A stretch of 64,000 nt of DNA, taken from positions 20,617-84,616 of the forward strand of contig CAWBBN010000029.1 of NCBI GenBank assembly GCA_963787035.1, written 5' to 3'. The notes beneath the pieces were generated by a model. It was not told where the DNA came from. It made no database searches and saw only the letters and a program-made list of their open reading frames with translations. The translations under genes and the position numbers were made by a program. This document shows, in pieces, positions 39,864 through 51,327 of the stretch. The first letter of the stretch is position 1, and every line of letters starts with the position of its first letter. The stretch is from Vicinamibacteria bacterium (GTDB lineage: Bacteria; Acidobacteriota; Vicinamibacteria; Vicinamibacterales; JAENWD01).

Positions 39864-40691
39864 ATGCGCACACGCCTCGTCCTGTCGTGCCTCCTCAGCA
39901 CGTCCCTGGGCGCCCAGATGGCCGCAGCCCAGGCCCCCGCCAGCCAGCCACCGGCGGCGCAGACGCCCCCGGGGCCGGCCGCGCCGGCCGCTCACCCGCC
40001 GGTGAAACGCCGTCCCGTGGCAGCCGCGGCAGTCACCGTGACGATCGCGGTCACGGACGAGAAAGGCGGCGCGCCAATTGGCGGCGTGAAGGTCACCGCC
40101 TCCATCGAGGGCACGGAGAAGGAGGCCCAGACGACGGCCGGAGGAATCGCGCGGTTTCTGTCGGTGAAACCCGGCGAGTATCGCGTGCGCTTCGAGCACG
40201 AGAACTACATCACGCTCGAGCGCGACATCGTGGTGAAGGGCGTCGCGCTGGATGTGACGGTGCCGCTCTCGGCCGCGCCCGCGCCGCCGCCGAAAGCGCC
40301 CGAGCCGGCGGTCAGCGCGAACAACGCGCCGCCCGGTGATGCACGCGCGCTGTCGATCGTCGATTTCCTGGAAAGCAATCATCTCAGCGGGCGCGATCCG
40401 TCGCGGACGGATCAACTCGGCTGCACGGCCAGCGCGAAGACGACGCTCATCCAGGTACGAGACTCGCTCGAGGAGAAGTCGCTGTCGGATGCGGACGAGG
40501 TGCTCTACGTCGTCGCCGGCGAAGGGACGCTGCGTCTCGGCAACAAGGACGTCTCGCTCGAGGCAGGCGGGCTCGCCGTCGTTCCGCGAGGCACGGCGCG
40601 CGGCCTGACCCGGAAGGGGAAGAACCCGCTGATGGTGCTGTCGGTCGTGTCGGGCCCGCCGTGCACGGGGGGAATGACGAATAGCAAGTAG
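39864..40691 (+). CDS. secreted protein with carboxypeptidase-regulatory-like (Ig-like) domain and C-terminal cupin domain
   Basis: MRTRLVLSCLLSTSLGAQMAAAQA signal and a Pro/Ala linker. VTIAVTDEKGGAPIGGVKVTA..GGIARFLSVKPGEYRVRFEHENYITLERDIVV. Cupin-like VLYVVAGEGTLRLGNKDVSLEAGGLAVVPRG. Confidence 0.65.
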   Translation: MRTRLVLSCLLSTSLGAQMAAAQAPASQPPAAQTPPGPAAPAAHPPVKRRPVAAAAVTVTIAVTDEKGGAPIGGVKVTASIEGTEKEAQTTAGGIARFLSVKPGEYRVRFEHENYITLERDIVVKGVALDVTVPLSAAPAPPPKAPEPAVSANNAPPGDARALSIVDFLESNHLSGRDPSRTDQLGCTASAKTTLIQVRDSLEEKSLSDADEVLYVVAGEGTLRLGNKDVSLEAGGLAVVPRGTARGLTRKGKNPLMVLSVVSGPPCTGGMTNSK

Positions 40692-40776
40692 AGGTCTATG
40701 GGTCGATGGGTCCATGGGTCGATAGGTCTGTGGGCGCTCTGGCCCACGGACCTACGGACCCATCAGACCTACAGAC
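40692..40776. repeat. inverted pair of 8-nt unit arrays (NATGGGTC/GATAGGTC) exactly filling a convergent gap
   Basis: aggtc TATGGGTC GATGGGTC CATGGGTC GATAGGTC TGTGGGC gctctg GCCCACGG ACCTACGG ACCCATCAG ACCTACAG ACCTAC. Bounded by the stops at 40691 (+) and 40777 (-). Confidence 0.9.
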
Positions 40777-42480
<1,704 letters not shown>

Positions 42481-42489
42481 GGATTCTCA

Positions 42490-42495
42490 ATTGTA
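42490..42495 (-). promoter_or_regulatory. -10-like hexamer TACAAT, 9 nt upstream of the glnS ATG (near-leaderless geometry)
   Basis: Minus strand reads cTACAATtgagaatccATG. Confidence 0.4.
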
Positions 42496-42547
42496 GCCTC
42501 GGCCGGGCGTATCATTCGAACACCCCTTCAATCGATGAGGCGATCCC

Positions 42548-43862
42548 GTGCGCACCACACGACGTGACTGGCTGACCAGCCTTGGCCTGACGGCCGCGGC
42601 GTTCAGGACGCGCGTCGCGGCTCGCGAGACGGCGGCTTCCGATCAGGCCGCGGCGCCGGGATCGCTCGCGCTCTCCGACTTTCGCCCGAAGAGCATGCTG
42701 CACGTCCCTGAGACCGACGTGCCCAGGGCACGCTTCCCTGTCGTCGACGTGCACTGCCACGTCGCGCGCACGGCGCGCGAGGCCGGGCGGCGTCCCGCTC
42801 GGCGAAGCGACCCGGATCGACGCCGACGTCGCGAGCGTCGTCGCGATGATGGACCGCCGCAACGTGAAGACGATGGTGAACCTGACGGGCGGGTACGGGT
42901 CCGGTCTTGCCGACTCGGTGCGCGCGCTGCAGCAGTCGCACCCCGATCGGTTCGTCGTGTTCACGGAGCCCGCGTGGGATCGGTTCGCCTCGGGCGACTA
43001 CGCGCAGTGGCAGGGCGACGAAATCGCGCGGGCGAAGGCGGCCGGCGCGCGCGGGCTGAAGATCCTGAAGACGCTCGGACTCTACCTGCGCGAGCAGGTC
43101 ACGTCAGGACCGCTCGTCGCGATCGACGACAGGCGGTTCGATCCGATGTGGGAGGCGTGCGGGGCGCTGGGGCTGCCAGTCGCGATTCACATCGCGGACC
43201 CGGAAGCGTTCTTCCTGCCGATCGATCGATTCAACGAGCGGTACGAAGAGCTGAATGCGCACCCTGACTGGTCGTTCCACGGCCGCGACTACCCGACGTT
43301 CGCGTCGCTGATTGCCGCGCGCGATCGCCTCCTGGCGCGGCACCCGAAGACGACGTTCATCGGCCTGCACGTCGGCCACGACTCCGAGAATCTCGCCGCG
43401 GTCGGCGAGGCGCTCGATCGGTTTCCGAACTTCCACGTCGAGACCGCCGCGCGCATCGGCGAACTGGGCCGCCAGCCGCGGGCCGCCCGACGCTTCTTCG
43501 ATCGCTATCAGGATCGCGTCCTCTTCGGGACAGACACGACGCCGGGCCGAGGCACACTTGCGGCGGACTCGTACGAGGACGCGATGTACCGCATCTACTT
43601 CCGCTTCTTCGAGACCGACGACGAGTATTTCGACTACTCGCCGTCGGCCGTCCCGCCGCAGGGCCGCTGGCGGATCTACGGCCTGGCCCTGCCCGACGGG
43701 ATCCTTCGCAAGCTCTATTTCGAGAACGCCGAGCGGCTTGCTCGGACGCGCCCGGCCGATCTGAGATCGCTCTATACGGGATTCCTGCCCTGGATCACGC
43801 GGATCAGCACGATCGCGATCGCCAGGATGAGCAGGATGTGGATGAACCCGCCGAGCGTGTAG
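42548..43862 (+). pseudogene. TAT-exported amidohydrolase-2 type metal-dependent hydrolase (TIM barrel) (1 apparent frameshift near 42780; 3' end uncertain)
   Basis: VRTTRRDWLTSLGLTAAAFRT (twin-Arg signal), FPVVDVHCHV / shift / MMDRRNVKTMVNLTGG.., GLKILKTLG, LPVAIHIADP, FIGLHVGH, VLFGTDT. The last ~90 nt overlap the small minus-strand gene at 43772-43921, so the real stop is probably earlier. Confidence 0.75.
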
Positions 43863-43921
43863 GAACTCACCACGCCCAGGAGCCACAACACCAGCAGCAC
43901 GACGAAGATAGTCCACAGCAT
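43772..43921 (-). CDS. lmo0937-family small membrane protein (49 aa; below the ORF-track cutoff)
   Basis: Own translation: MLWTIFVVLLVLWLLGVVSSYTLGGFIHILLILAIAIVLIRVIQGRNPV-stop, preceded by GGAGGAcggcaaATG (a good SD). Confidence 0.7.
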   Translation of the reverse strand: MLWTIFVVLLVLWLLGVVSSYTLGGFIHILLILAIAIVLIRVIQGRNPV

Positions 43922-44082
43922 TGCCGTCCTCCGCGCCCTGCTAGGGCAGGGGGAATGCCAAGCGGCGCCGAGGCGGTGCTGCTGGCTTAACTGATTGGAA
44001 ATGCTGAGGTTACTGGACGGCGCCTCGAATCGGCGCCGCCCGGGCAGTGGGCGATGGCCATGTAACTTCTACACGCGCGACG

Positions 44083-45797
44083 TCAGCGCGGCCGGTAGCC
44101 CGGCCCCCTCAGCGCACGCCCGGGACGCGCGTCGGTGATGCGCCCGTCCGCGACGACAGCCTGGCCGTTCACGAGCACGTCCTTCACGCCGACCGAGTAG
44201 TGGTTCGGATCCTCGAAGGTCGCGACGTCGTGAATCGTCGCCGGATCGAACACGACGACGTCGGCCGCGAGCCCGGGGCGCAGGATGCCGCGATCGCGCA
44301 GCTCCGACGCGCGATGCGGCCTGCGACGTCATCTTCCGAATCGGCTTCCTCGAGCGTCAGCAGCTTCTCGTCGCGGACGTACTTGCCGAGCACGCGCGCG
44401 AACGATCCCCAGCCGCGAGGATGCGCCCTGGTGCCGGCCAACGGTCCGTCCTCCGCGCGCTCCTGCGAGTCCGTGCCAATCGACACCAGACGGTGCGCCA
44501 GCGCCGCGCGCACGTCGTCCTCGCGCATGATCGCGATGATGCACGCGGTGTTGCTGTGATCGGCGATGACGATGTCCATCAGGGCGTCGCGCGGGTCCTT
44601 CCCCATGTCGCGGCGCCGATCTCGGTCAGGGTCTTGCCCTTCGTATTTCTTCAGCTCCGGGTTCAGGACCTCCGACACCATCACGCCGTCGCCGCCGCCG
44701 GAGCCGAACCACTGGTTCTCCCAGCCGGGTGAATTCGGATCCGCCATGTCCTTCTTGATGCGCTCCCGCTGCGCGGGATCCTTCAGCCGCGCCACGAGCG
44801 CGTCGGCGCCGCCTTCGCGCGCCCAGAGCGGGAGGCACGCGTCGAGGTTGTTCGACGCGCGCGTGTACGGATAGACGTTGGCCGTGACGTCGAGCCCTTC
44901 GGCCCTCGCCGCCTCGAGCCGCGCGAGCGCCGCAGGCATGCGGCCCCAGTTGGCCTGGTACGCGGTCTTGAAGTGCCAGATGTCCGCGGGGATCTTCGCC
45001 TCGCGCGCGATCCGGAAGACCTCGTCCATCGACGCGTCGAGCGCGCCGCTCTCGGAGCGCTGGTGCGTGAAGTACACGCCGCCGTACTGACGCGCGACCT
45101 TCGCCAGCTCGATCAGCTCCTCGGTCGAGGCGAATCGATCCGGGCACGTACTGGAGCGACGTGCTGAGGCCGAGCGCGCCGTCCTCCATCGCCTGCGCGA
45201 CGAGCTTCTTCATCGCGTCGAGATCGGCGGGACTCGCCGGCTTGTTGACCGTGCCCGAGCACGTACGAGCGGATGCCGCCGGCGCCGACGAACGTGCCGA
45301 GGTTGATCGCGGGCCTGTTGCGCGTCTCGAGGCGCGTGAAGTATTCGGCCAGCGTGTGGAAGTCCTGGGTGATGCCGAAGTGCTCCCAGCTCTCTCGCTG
45401 CAGGCGGATCATCGTGTCGTTCACCGGCGCAATCGAGGTGCCCTCGCCGGTCACCTCGGTCGTCACGCCCATCAGGACCTTGGACGCGGCACGCGAGTCC
45501 ACGAGCAGGTTCATCTCGGACTGCCCGAGCATGTCGATGAAGCCTGGCGCGACGACCATCCCGGCGGCGTCGATCCGCCGGGCCGCCGTCTTCCCGCGTC
45601 AGGTCGCCGATGGCCGCGATCCGATCGCCCTTGAGACCGACATCGCCGCGGAACCACGGCGTGCCGGTGCCATCGACGACGCGGCCGCCGGCGATGAGGA
45701 CGTCGAAGTCGGGAGACTGCCCGCGGAGCAGGGCGACGGCAGCCAGGAGAACGAACGCGACGGACACGAGGACTCGGGGACGCGGCATGGCGCGCAT
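44083..45797 (-). pseudogene. N-acyl-D-amino-acid deacylase (D-aminoacylase) family amidohydrolase, secreted (>=8 apparent frameshifts)
   Basis: MRAMPRPRVLVSVAFVLLAAVALLRGQSPDFDVLIAGGRVVDGTGTPWFRGDVGLKGDRIAAIGDL / VVAPGFIDMLGQSEMNLL..TTEVTGEG / MKKLVAQAMEDGALGLSTSLQYVP / YFTHQRSE..IWHFKTA..VYPYTRASN / ACIIAIMREDDVRAAL..VSIGTDS / GLAADVVVFDPATIHDVATFEDPNHYSVGVKDVLVNGQAVVADGRITDARPGRALRG. Confidence 0.88.
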
Positions 45798-45815
45798 GGT
45801 ACTGCAGTAGCAGTG

Positions 45816-45908
45816 CATGGGTCGATAGGTCCATGGGTCCATGAGGTCCATGGGATGCCGCTCGCATCTGTCCCATGGACCCATGGACCCATGCACCCAT
45901 GGACCTCC
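45816..45908. repeat. inverted pair of 8-nt unit arrays (CATGGGTC/GATAGGTC), same unit family as 40692-40776, in a divergent promoter region
   Basis: CATGGGTC GATAGGTC CATGGGTC CATGAGGTC CATGGGA tgccgctcgcatctg TCCCATGG ACCCATGG ACCCATGC ACCCATGG ACCTCC. Lies between the starts at 45797 (-) and 45930 (+). Confidence 0.9.
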
Positions 45909-45929
45909 GACTGATATATCCTCCGCGCC

Positions 45930-47246
45930 ATGCTGACGCGATACTTCCGCTCGCGCCGCCTGGCGCTCGCAATTCTTCTCGTCCTCGTCACGGCTGCCCG
46001 CTCCGCGGGCCAGGGCCTTCCGGCGGCGCCGCCCGAGTCGCTCGGCCTCTCGCAGGAGCGTCTCGATCGCCTGTCGAAAGCCATGCAGGGCTACATCGAC
46101 GCCCAGCGCGACGCCGGCATCGTCACCATCGTCGTGCGCCAGGGCAAGGTCGCGCAGCTGGCGGCGTACGGCAGGCGCGACATCGAGGCGGACGCGCCGA
46201 TGAAGACCGACACGATCTTCCGGATCGCGTCGATGTCGAAGGCGATCACCAGCGTCGGGATCATGATGCTGATGGAGGAAGGCCGGCTTCTCCTCAAGGA
46301 TCCCGTCTCGAAGTACATCCCCGCGTTCAAGAAGACGACGGTGATGGTGCCGCCGCCGGCGGGCGCGGTGCCGGGCAGCCCGGTGTCGGTCGTGCCCGCG
46401 AAGCGCGAGATCACGATTCGGGATCTGCTGACGCACACGGCCGGAATCAGCTACGGCAACGGCCCTGCCGAGGCGCAGTACAAGGCCGCGAACGTATTCG
46501 GGTTCTATTTCGCGGACAAGGCCGAGCCGGTCGCCGCGGTGATCGACCGCCTGGCGGCGCTGCCCTTCGACGCGCAGCCCGGCGAGAAGTTCGTCTACGG
46601 CTACAACAGCGACATCCTCGGCGTCGTCATCGAGAAGATCTCGGGGATGAGCCTGGACGAGTTCTTCCGCACGCGGATCTTCCAGCCGCTGAAGATGGTG
46701 GACAGCTCGTTCTTCCTGCCGCTCGACAAGCGCGACCGGCTCGCGGCGGTGTACTCGCTCGTCGACGGCAAGCTGCAGCGCGCGCCGAACCCCGGGCTCG
46801 GCCAGGGCGACTACGTCGACGGGCCGCGCATGTGCTACTCAGGAGGCGCCGGCGTGCTGTCGACGGCCTCCGACTACGCGCGGTTGCTGCAGATGCTGCT
46901 CAACGGCGGAGAGCTCGACGGCGTCCGGCTGCTCAGCCCGAAGACGGTGGAGCTGATGACCGAGAACCACGTCGGCGATCTCTTCAACGAGGGCAAGACG
47001 GGTTTCGGCCTCGGGTTCGAAATCCTGGAGAACCCCGGCAAGGGCGGCGTGATCGGATCTCCCGGCGTCTTCTCATGGGGCGGCGCGTATCACACGGTCT
47101 ACTGGGCCGACCCGAAGGAGAAGCTCGCGGCCGTGCTGATGACTCAGCTGCTGCCCGCGAACGGCAGCGATCTGAACGACAAGTTCCGGGTGCTGGTGTA
47201 CCAGTCGATCGTGGGCCCGCCAGTCACGACTCCTGCGCACAAGTAG
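45930..47246 (+). CDS. serine hydrolase of the beta-lactamase / penicillin-binding (class C-like) fold
   Basis: 438-aa intact ORF with signal-like [18 protein letters not shown], an SxxK motif in [14 protein letters not shown], and [24 protein letters not shown]. Confidence 0.85.
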   Translation: MLTRYFRSRRLALAILLVLVTAARSAGQGLPAAPPESLGLSQERLDRLSKAMQGYIDAQRDAGIVTIVVRQGKVAQLAAYGRRDIEADAPMKTDTIFRIASMSKAITSVGIMMLMEEGRLLLKDPVSKYIPAFKKTTVMVPPPAGAVPGSPVSVVPAKREITIRDLLTHTAGISYGNGPAEAQYKAANVFGFYFADKAEPVAAVIDRLAALPFDAQPGEKFVYGYNSDILGVVIEKISGMSLDEFFRTRIFQPLKMVDSSFFLPLDKRDRLAAVYSLVDGKLQRAPNPGLGQGDYVDGPRMCYSGGAGVLSTASDYARLLQMLLNGGELDGVRLLSPKTVELMTENHVGDLFNEGKTGFGLGFEILENPGKGGVIGSPGVFSWGGAYHTVYWADPKEKLAAVLMTQLLPANGSDLNDKFRVLVYQSIVGPPVTTPAHK

Positions 47247-47366
47247 CGGCGTTCTCTGTTGGCATCGGCCGATTAGTGTTTTTGAAGGAGTCGCCCTAGC
47301 GGATCGCGATCGTTTCCCAATTGGCCGCGTTTGCTACCGTTGCCGGACTCACGGGAGGGTTCGGCA

Positions 47367-48534
47367 ATGGTGCAGTGGAAGTCGGCCGTCACGACGGCGC
47401 TGGTGGTTGTCGCAGGCGTGGTCGCGGGGCCAAGAACGGCGCGGGCGCAGGGTTGCGTGCTGATTCGGCAGAACGGGCCGCTGCTCGGCCAGGGCATGAG
47501 CCCTGATCTCGCGCCTGGGCAGTTCGAGTTCAGCTTCTCGACGCGGACGTCGACCGCCGACAAGCACTACAACGGCGACGTCGAGCAGGTGCAGCGCCAG
47601 CAGCTGGGCACCTACGTCCTCAACAAGCAGCACGCGTACGACTTCGCGCTGCGCTACCAGGCGAACCATCGCCTTGGCTTCACGTCGAGCATCCCGCTCA
47701 TCGACGCCTCGTGGGCACTGCCCTACCCGCTGGCGCCTGCGCCGGGCGACCGCGTCCCGCAGCGCGGCGTCGGCCTCGGCGATCTGACGGTCACCGGGCG
47801 TTATTGGCTGCTGGATCCGCTGAAGCACGCGCGCGGCAACGTCGAGGTCGGCCTTGGCATCAAGATGCCGACGGGTTCGGCCGACGACACCGCGTTCTAT
47901 CCGACGCTCACCGGCGACGTGGAGCGACAAGGCCATCGATCAGTCCGCGCAGCCGGGCGACGGCGGCGTGGGCATGCTCTTCGACGCGCAGGGCTACTGG
48001 CGCTTCGGCAAGAGCATGGTTTACACGAACGGGTCGTACCTCTCGAACCCGAAGAACACCAACGGCACGCCCTCGATTCTCGTCGGGCTGCTCGGGCCGG
48101 CCGCGAATACCCCGGCCAACGCCAACAAGCTGGTGAACTCGGTCGCCGATCAGTACCTGTTCCGGATTGGCGGCGCGACGATCATCCCCGGCACGCGTCA
48201 CCTCTCGGGCTCGCTCGCGTTCCGCGCCGAAGGGCTCCGTCGCTACGACCTCTTCGGACGCTCAGACGGCTTCCGGCGTCCAGGCTACGAGCTCTATCTC
48301 GAACCGGGCTTCTCTTACGCCTACAAGGGACAGTCGATCTCGTTCAACGTGCCGATCGGCCTCTATCGCAATCGCCTGCCGGATCCGTACACCGGCGCGC
48401 ACGGCGACGCGACGTTCCCCGACTACGTGTTCCTCGGCAGCTACTCGGTGCGCTTCGGCAAGGGCACGAGCCCACTCAAGGGGCCGCAGCAGAAGCCCGC
48501 GGTCCCGTCGCCCCCGGTCGCGAACAACAACTAG
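47367..48534 (+). pseudogene. outer-membrane beta-barrel protein (transport/porin-like, family uncertain) (1 apparent frameshift near 47925)
   Basis: SD GGGAGGG, then MVQWKSAVTTALVVVAGVVAGPRTARAQG (signal). Alternating beta-strand pattern: FEFSFSTRTSTADKHY, YDFALRYQANHRLGFTSSIPL, GDLTVTGRYWLL, VEVGLGIKMPTG. The final strand YVFLGSYSVRF is followed by a Pro-rich tail. Confidence 0.6.
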
Positions 48535-48545
48535 CGACTGGCTGG

Positions 48546-48586
48546 GGCCCGGCGGCGCACCTACCCGCCGCCGGGCTCTTCTTCAT
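48546..48586. terminator. bidirectional intrinsic terminator hairpin between convergent genes
   Basis: GCCCGGCGGCG (48547-48557), loop cacctacc, CGCCGCCGGGC (48566-48576): an 11-bp perfect GC stem followed by tcttcttcatt. Confidence 0.6.
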
Positions 48587-48604
48587 TCGTGCGTGCCGCT
48601 GCAG

Positions 48605-50756
48605 CTACTTCGCCTTCTTCTTCTTGCCCGCCGGCTCCGCCGGCTTCTCGGCAATCGTGAACGTGCCGGCCTTCTCGGCGTCGCGGAAGAACTGCACCAC
48701 GTTGCTCAGCGCCACGGGACCGAACTCGGCGGCGATCGCGTTCCTGACGTCGAGGATCGAGTGCGTGCCGTCGGCGAAGTTCCGGGCCTCCATCGCGTAG
48801 TACCCCGTCAGCGGCGGCGGCGCCGCGCCCGGCACAATCGCGCGGCCCGAACGGCTGCGCCTCGACGCCAGGCTTCTTCGACGGGATCAGCCGCGCGGCC
48901 GCCTGTTCCTCGTCGGTGAGCGTCGGCGTTTCAACAACGGGACCTTCAGCCGGGCAGCCGCGACCTTGTAGCTCATCTTCACGCGCGCGGTGTCGAGCGG
49001 CTCTGACTGGCCGAGGGCCTGCTCGAACGACGCGATGCTCGCCGCCGCGTCCTTGTCTCCGGCCGCCAGCGTCGTCGCCGAACGCACTTCGGCGCGCTCG
49101 CGCACGTAGGCCTGCGTCGACCACGTTGAGCGCTTCCTTGTAGTTCTGGTTCAGCGTGTCGGCGGTGCTCGTCGAAATCGACACGAGCGCGCTGCCGAGA
49201 TCCGCGGCGAGGCGCTGCTGTGCGTAGCCGAGGGCGACCTGGCTGATCGCCACGGCGTCAGCGGGACCCGCATCGGCGATGGTCGCGCCGATCGTCACCA
49301 TGAGGAACGCCGAGCGCTTCATCTGCGTCGGGTCCTGATTCGCCGGCGAGTCGTCGCTCGAGTGGTAGACCGCGTCGGGCCAGTTGCCGAACTGCACGGC
49401 GGGAATGCGCGGATCCCAGTCGAGGTGCACCTGGTGATCGCTCGACCCGTAGAACTTCTCGATGTGGTACCAGAACGGGTCGTGCGTGCCGGCCGGATCC
49501 ACGATGGGATTCGAGAACGCGTACGCGATCCGGCGGTTGTGCAGCTTCTCGCGGTTCGTATCGCCGACGTACTCGAAGAACTGGCGCGAGACGTCGTTCA
49601 GCACGCTCGGGATCGAGTACATCGTCTGGTTGAGGTGCAGCGAGTTGTGGTTGATGCTCTGGTTCGCGCCGACCATGTCGGTCGATACGGAGGCGACGGC
49701 GTGCGCCGCCAGATCCGTGTGCGCCTTCAAGTACGCGCGCGTGCCGCTGATTTCAGGCACCCACAGGAACCGCACGGTCCGCTTCGGCTTTGGAAGCACG
49801 CCCGCGTTGATGAGCGCGATCCACGCGCGGCCCGCTTCGAGCTGCGTGGCCGGCCCGCCGCAGTTGTCGTTGGCGCCCTGCTTCGCGATGCCCTCGAAGA
49901 GATGCGCCGTGAAGTGGAACTCTTCGTTCGTCGATCCATCGCCGGGAATGGTCGCGACGACGACCTGCATCGGCGTGTCGTACTCGGTCGCCTTCACGAT
50001 CGCGTGGACCTTCACGTGCTGGTGCTTCTCCACACGCGACAGCAGGTCGAGGCCCATCCGCAGCGACAGGATGAAGCCGAACGTCGTCTTCGGCGCCGAC
50101 GCGCCGGCTGCGGCGGGCGCCGCGCCTGGCCCGCCGCCGATGCCGCTCCAGCCGATCTGATCCGGGCGATCGATCGGCTTGCCGGTGGCGTTGAAGAAGC
50201 TGACCACGCCCTCGGCGCCGAACTGGCGCACGGCGAGATTGTGCGCCGCGCCGACGGGACCGGAGCAGAGGACGATCTTCCCCTTCACGTCCTTGTCCTT
50301 GTAGTCGTCCGCCGAATCGCCGCGGCCGACGTAGACGAGATCGGCGGTGACGTCCGCGCTGTGGCTGCCGGTGGCAAGCGTCGCCGTGACGTCACGGAAG
50401 CTCGTGATCAGCTGCGGCGTGCCCGGTTCAGTGACCCACAGCTCGGCCATCTCGCCGGCCCACTGCTTCGAGCCGAGCGGGAAGCGCTCGATGTGCACGT
50501 CGCTGAAGCCGTACTCCTTCGCCTTGGCCTCGGCGTACTTCGCTTCGCGATACGTGCCCTGATATTCGTCGGCGGGCCGGTTCCGTTCGTACGGGCACAT
50601 CTCCATCACGTTGTGGAGCGCCTGTGCGCCCGACAGCTGGTTGGCGATGGCGTTGAGCGTGGCCTGCGAAAGAAGGGTCTTCGGATCCGGCTGCTCCTGC
50701 GCCACGGCGGGCGCCGCGACGAGCAGAAGTCCGGCAACAATCCATGAACGATGCAT
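48605..50756 (-). pseudogene. secreted M28 family zinc peptidase with PA (protease-associated) domain (3 apparent frameshifts in the last 500 nt)
   Basis: MHRSWIVAGLLLVAAPAVAQ signal. PA-like LVYVGRGDSADDYKDKDVKGKIVLC. M28 core: FTAHLFEGIAKQGANDNCGGPA, RFLWVPEISGT, STDMVG, YGSSDHQVH, YHSSDD. C-terminus in other frames (ORFs 48887-49105 and 48605-48835). Confidence 0.85.
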
Positions 50757-50836
50757 CAAAGTCTCCTGGACGCTGGCTGCCCAGGACCAGCGAGACGAGG
50801 GACGCGCCGTCGGCGCGCGGGATAGACTGCGGGATT

Positions 50837-51319
50837 CTACTTCGGCCTGACCTGAACACCGGGACGAAGGATCGAGGGTCGTCGCGGCACTTCCAGCATC
50901 AACTGGCCAACGGCGACACCGCCCGCCAGGATCAGCAGCGCGACGACGCGCATCCAGGCGGCGGAGTGGCGCCAGCCCCAGACGGCCAGAATCGCGGCCC
51001 ACACGATGAGCAGGACGTCGCGACGCCACCACGGCGACCACTCGGGATGTGAGAGCGTGACGATCGACAGCAGCTCATTCAGCGCCAGCACCAGCCACGC
51101 GGTGCGCACCAATGGGCTGCGCCCGACCCACGCCAGCGCCAGCCACATCAGCAGAAGGAACACGCCATAGCCTGGCGCGTGCGCGAGGGACGGACGTTGA
51201 TCGCTCGATCGGAGCCAGAAGATCAGGTCGTACACGATGAGCCCGCCGACGCCGGCGGCCATCGCCAGCGCGAACGGCGCAAAGGGACGCTCTTCTTCGG
51301 CAGTCAGTCTGAGCGGCAT
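50837..51319 (-). CDS. hypothetical integral membrane protein (4-5 TM)
   Basis: 160-aa intact ORF: FALAMAAGVGGLIVYDLIFWL, GYGVFLLLMWLALAWV, AWLVLALNELLSIVTL, VLLIVWAAILAVWGW, VVALLILAGGVAVG. Starts 8 nt after the decarboxylase stop. Confidence 0.55.
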   Translation of the reverse strand: MPLRLTAEEERPFAPFALAMAAGVGGLIVYDLIFWLRSSDQRPSLAHAPGYGVFLLLMWLALAWVGRSPLVRTAWLVLALNELLSIVTLSHPEWSPWWRRDVLLIVWAAILAVWGWRHSAAWMRVVALLILAGGVAVGQLMLEVPRRPSILRPGVQVRPK

Positions 51320-51327
51320 GGGGAGCC

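Noticed and set aside
44020-44045. Hairpin cggcgcc-gattcga-ggcgccg (minus-strand reading) downstream of the D-aminoacylase stop, as an intrinsic terminator.
   Set aside because: The stem is only 7 bp, it is built from the self-complementary GGCGCC, and there is no U-tract. This is too weak to call.
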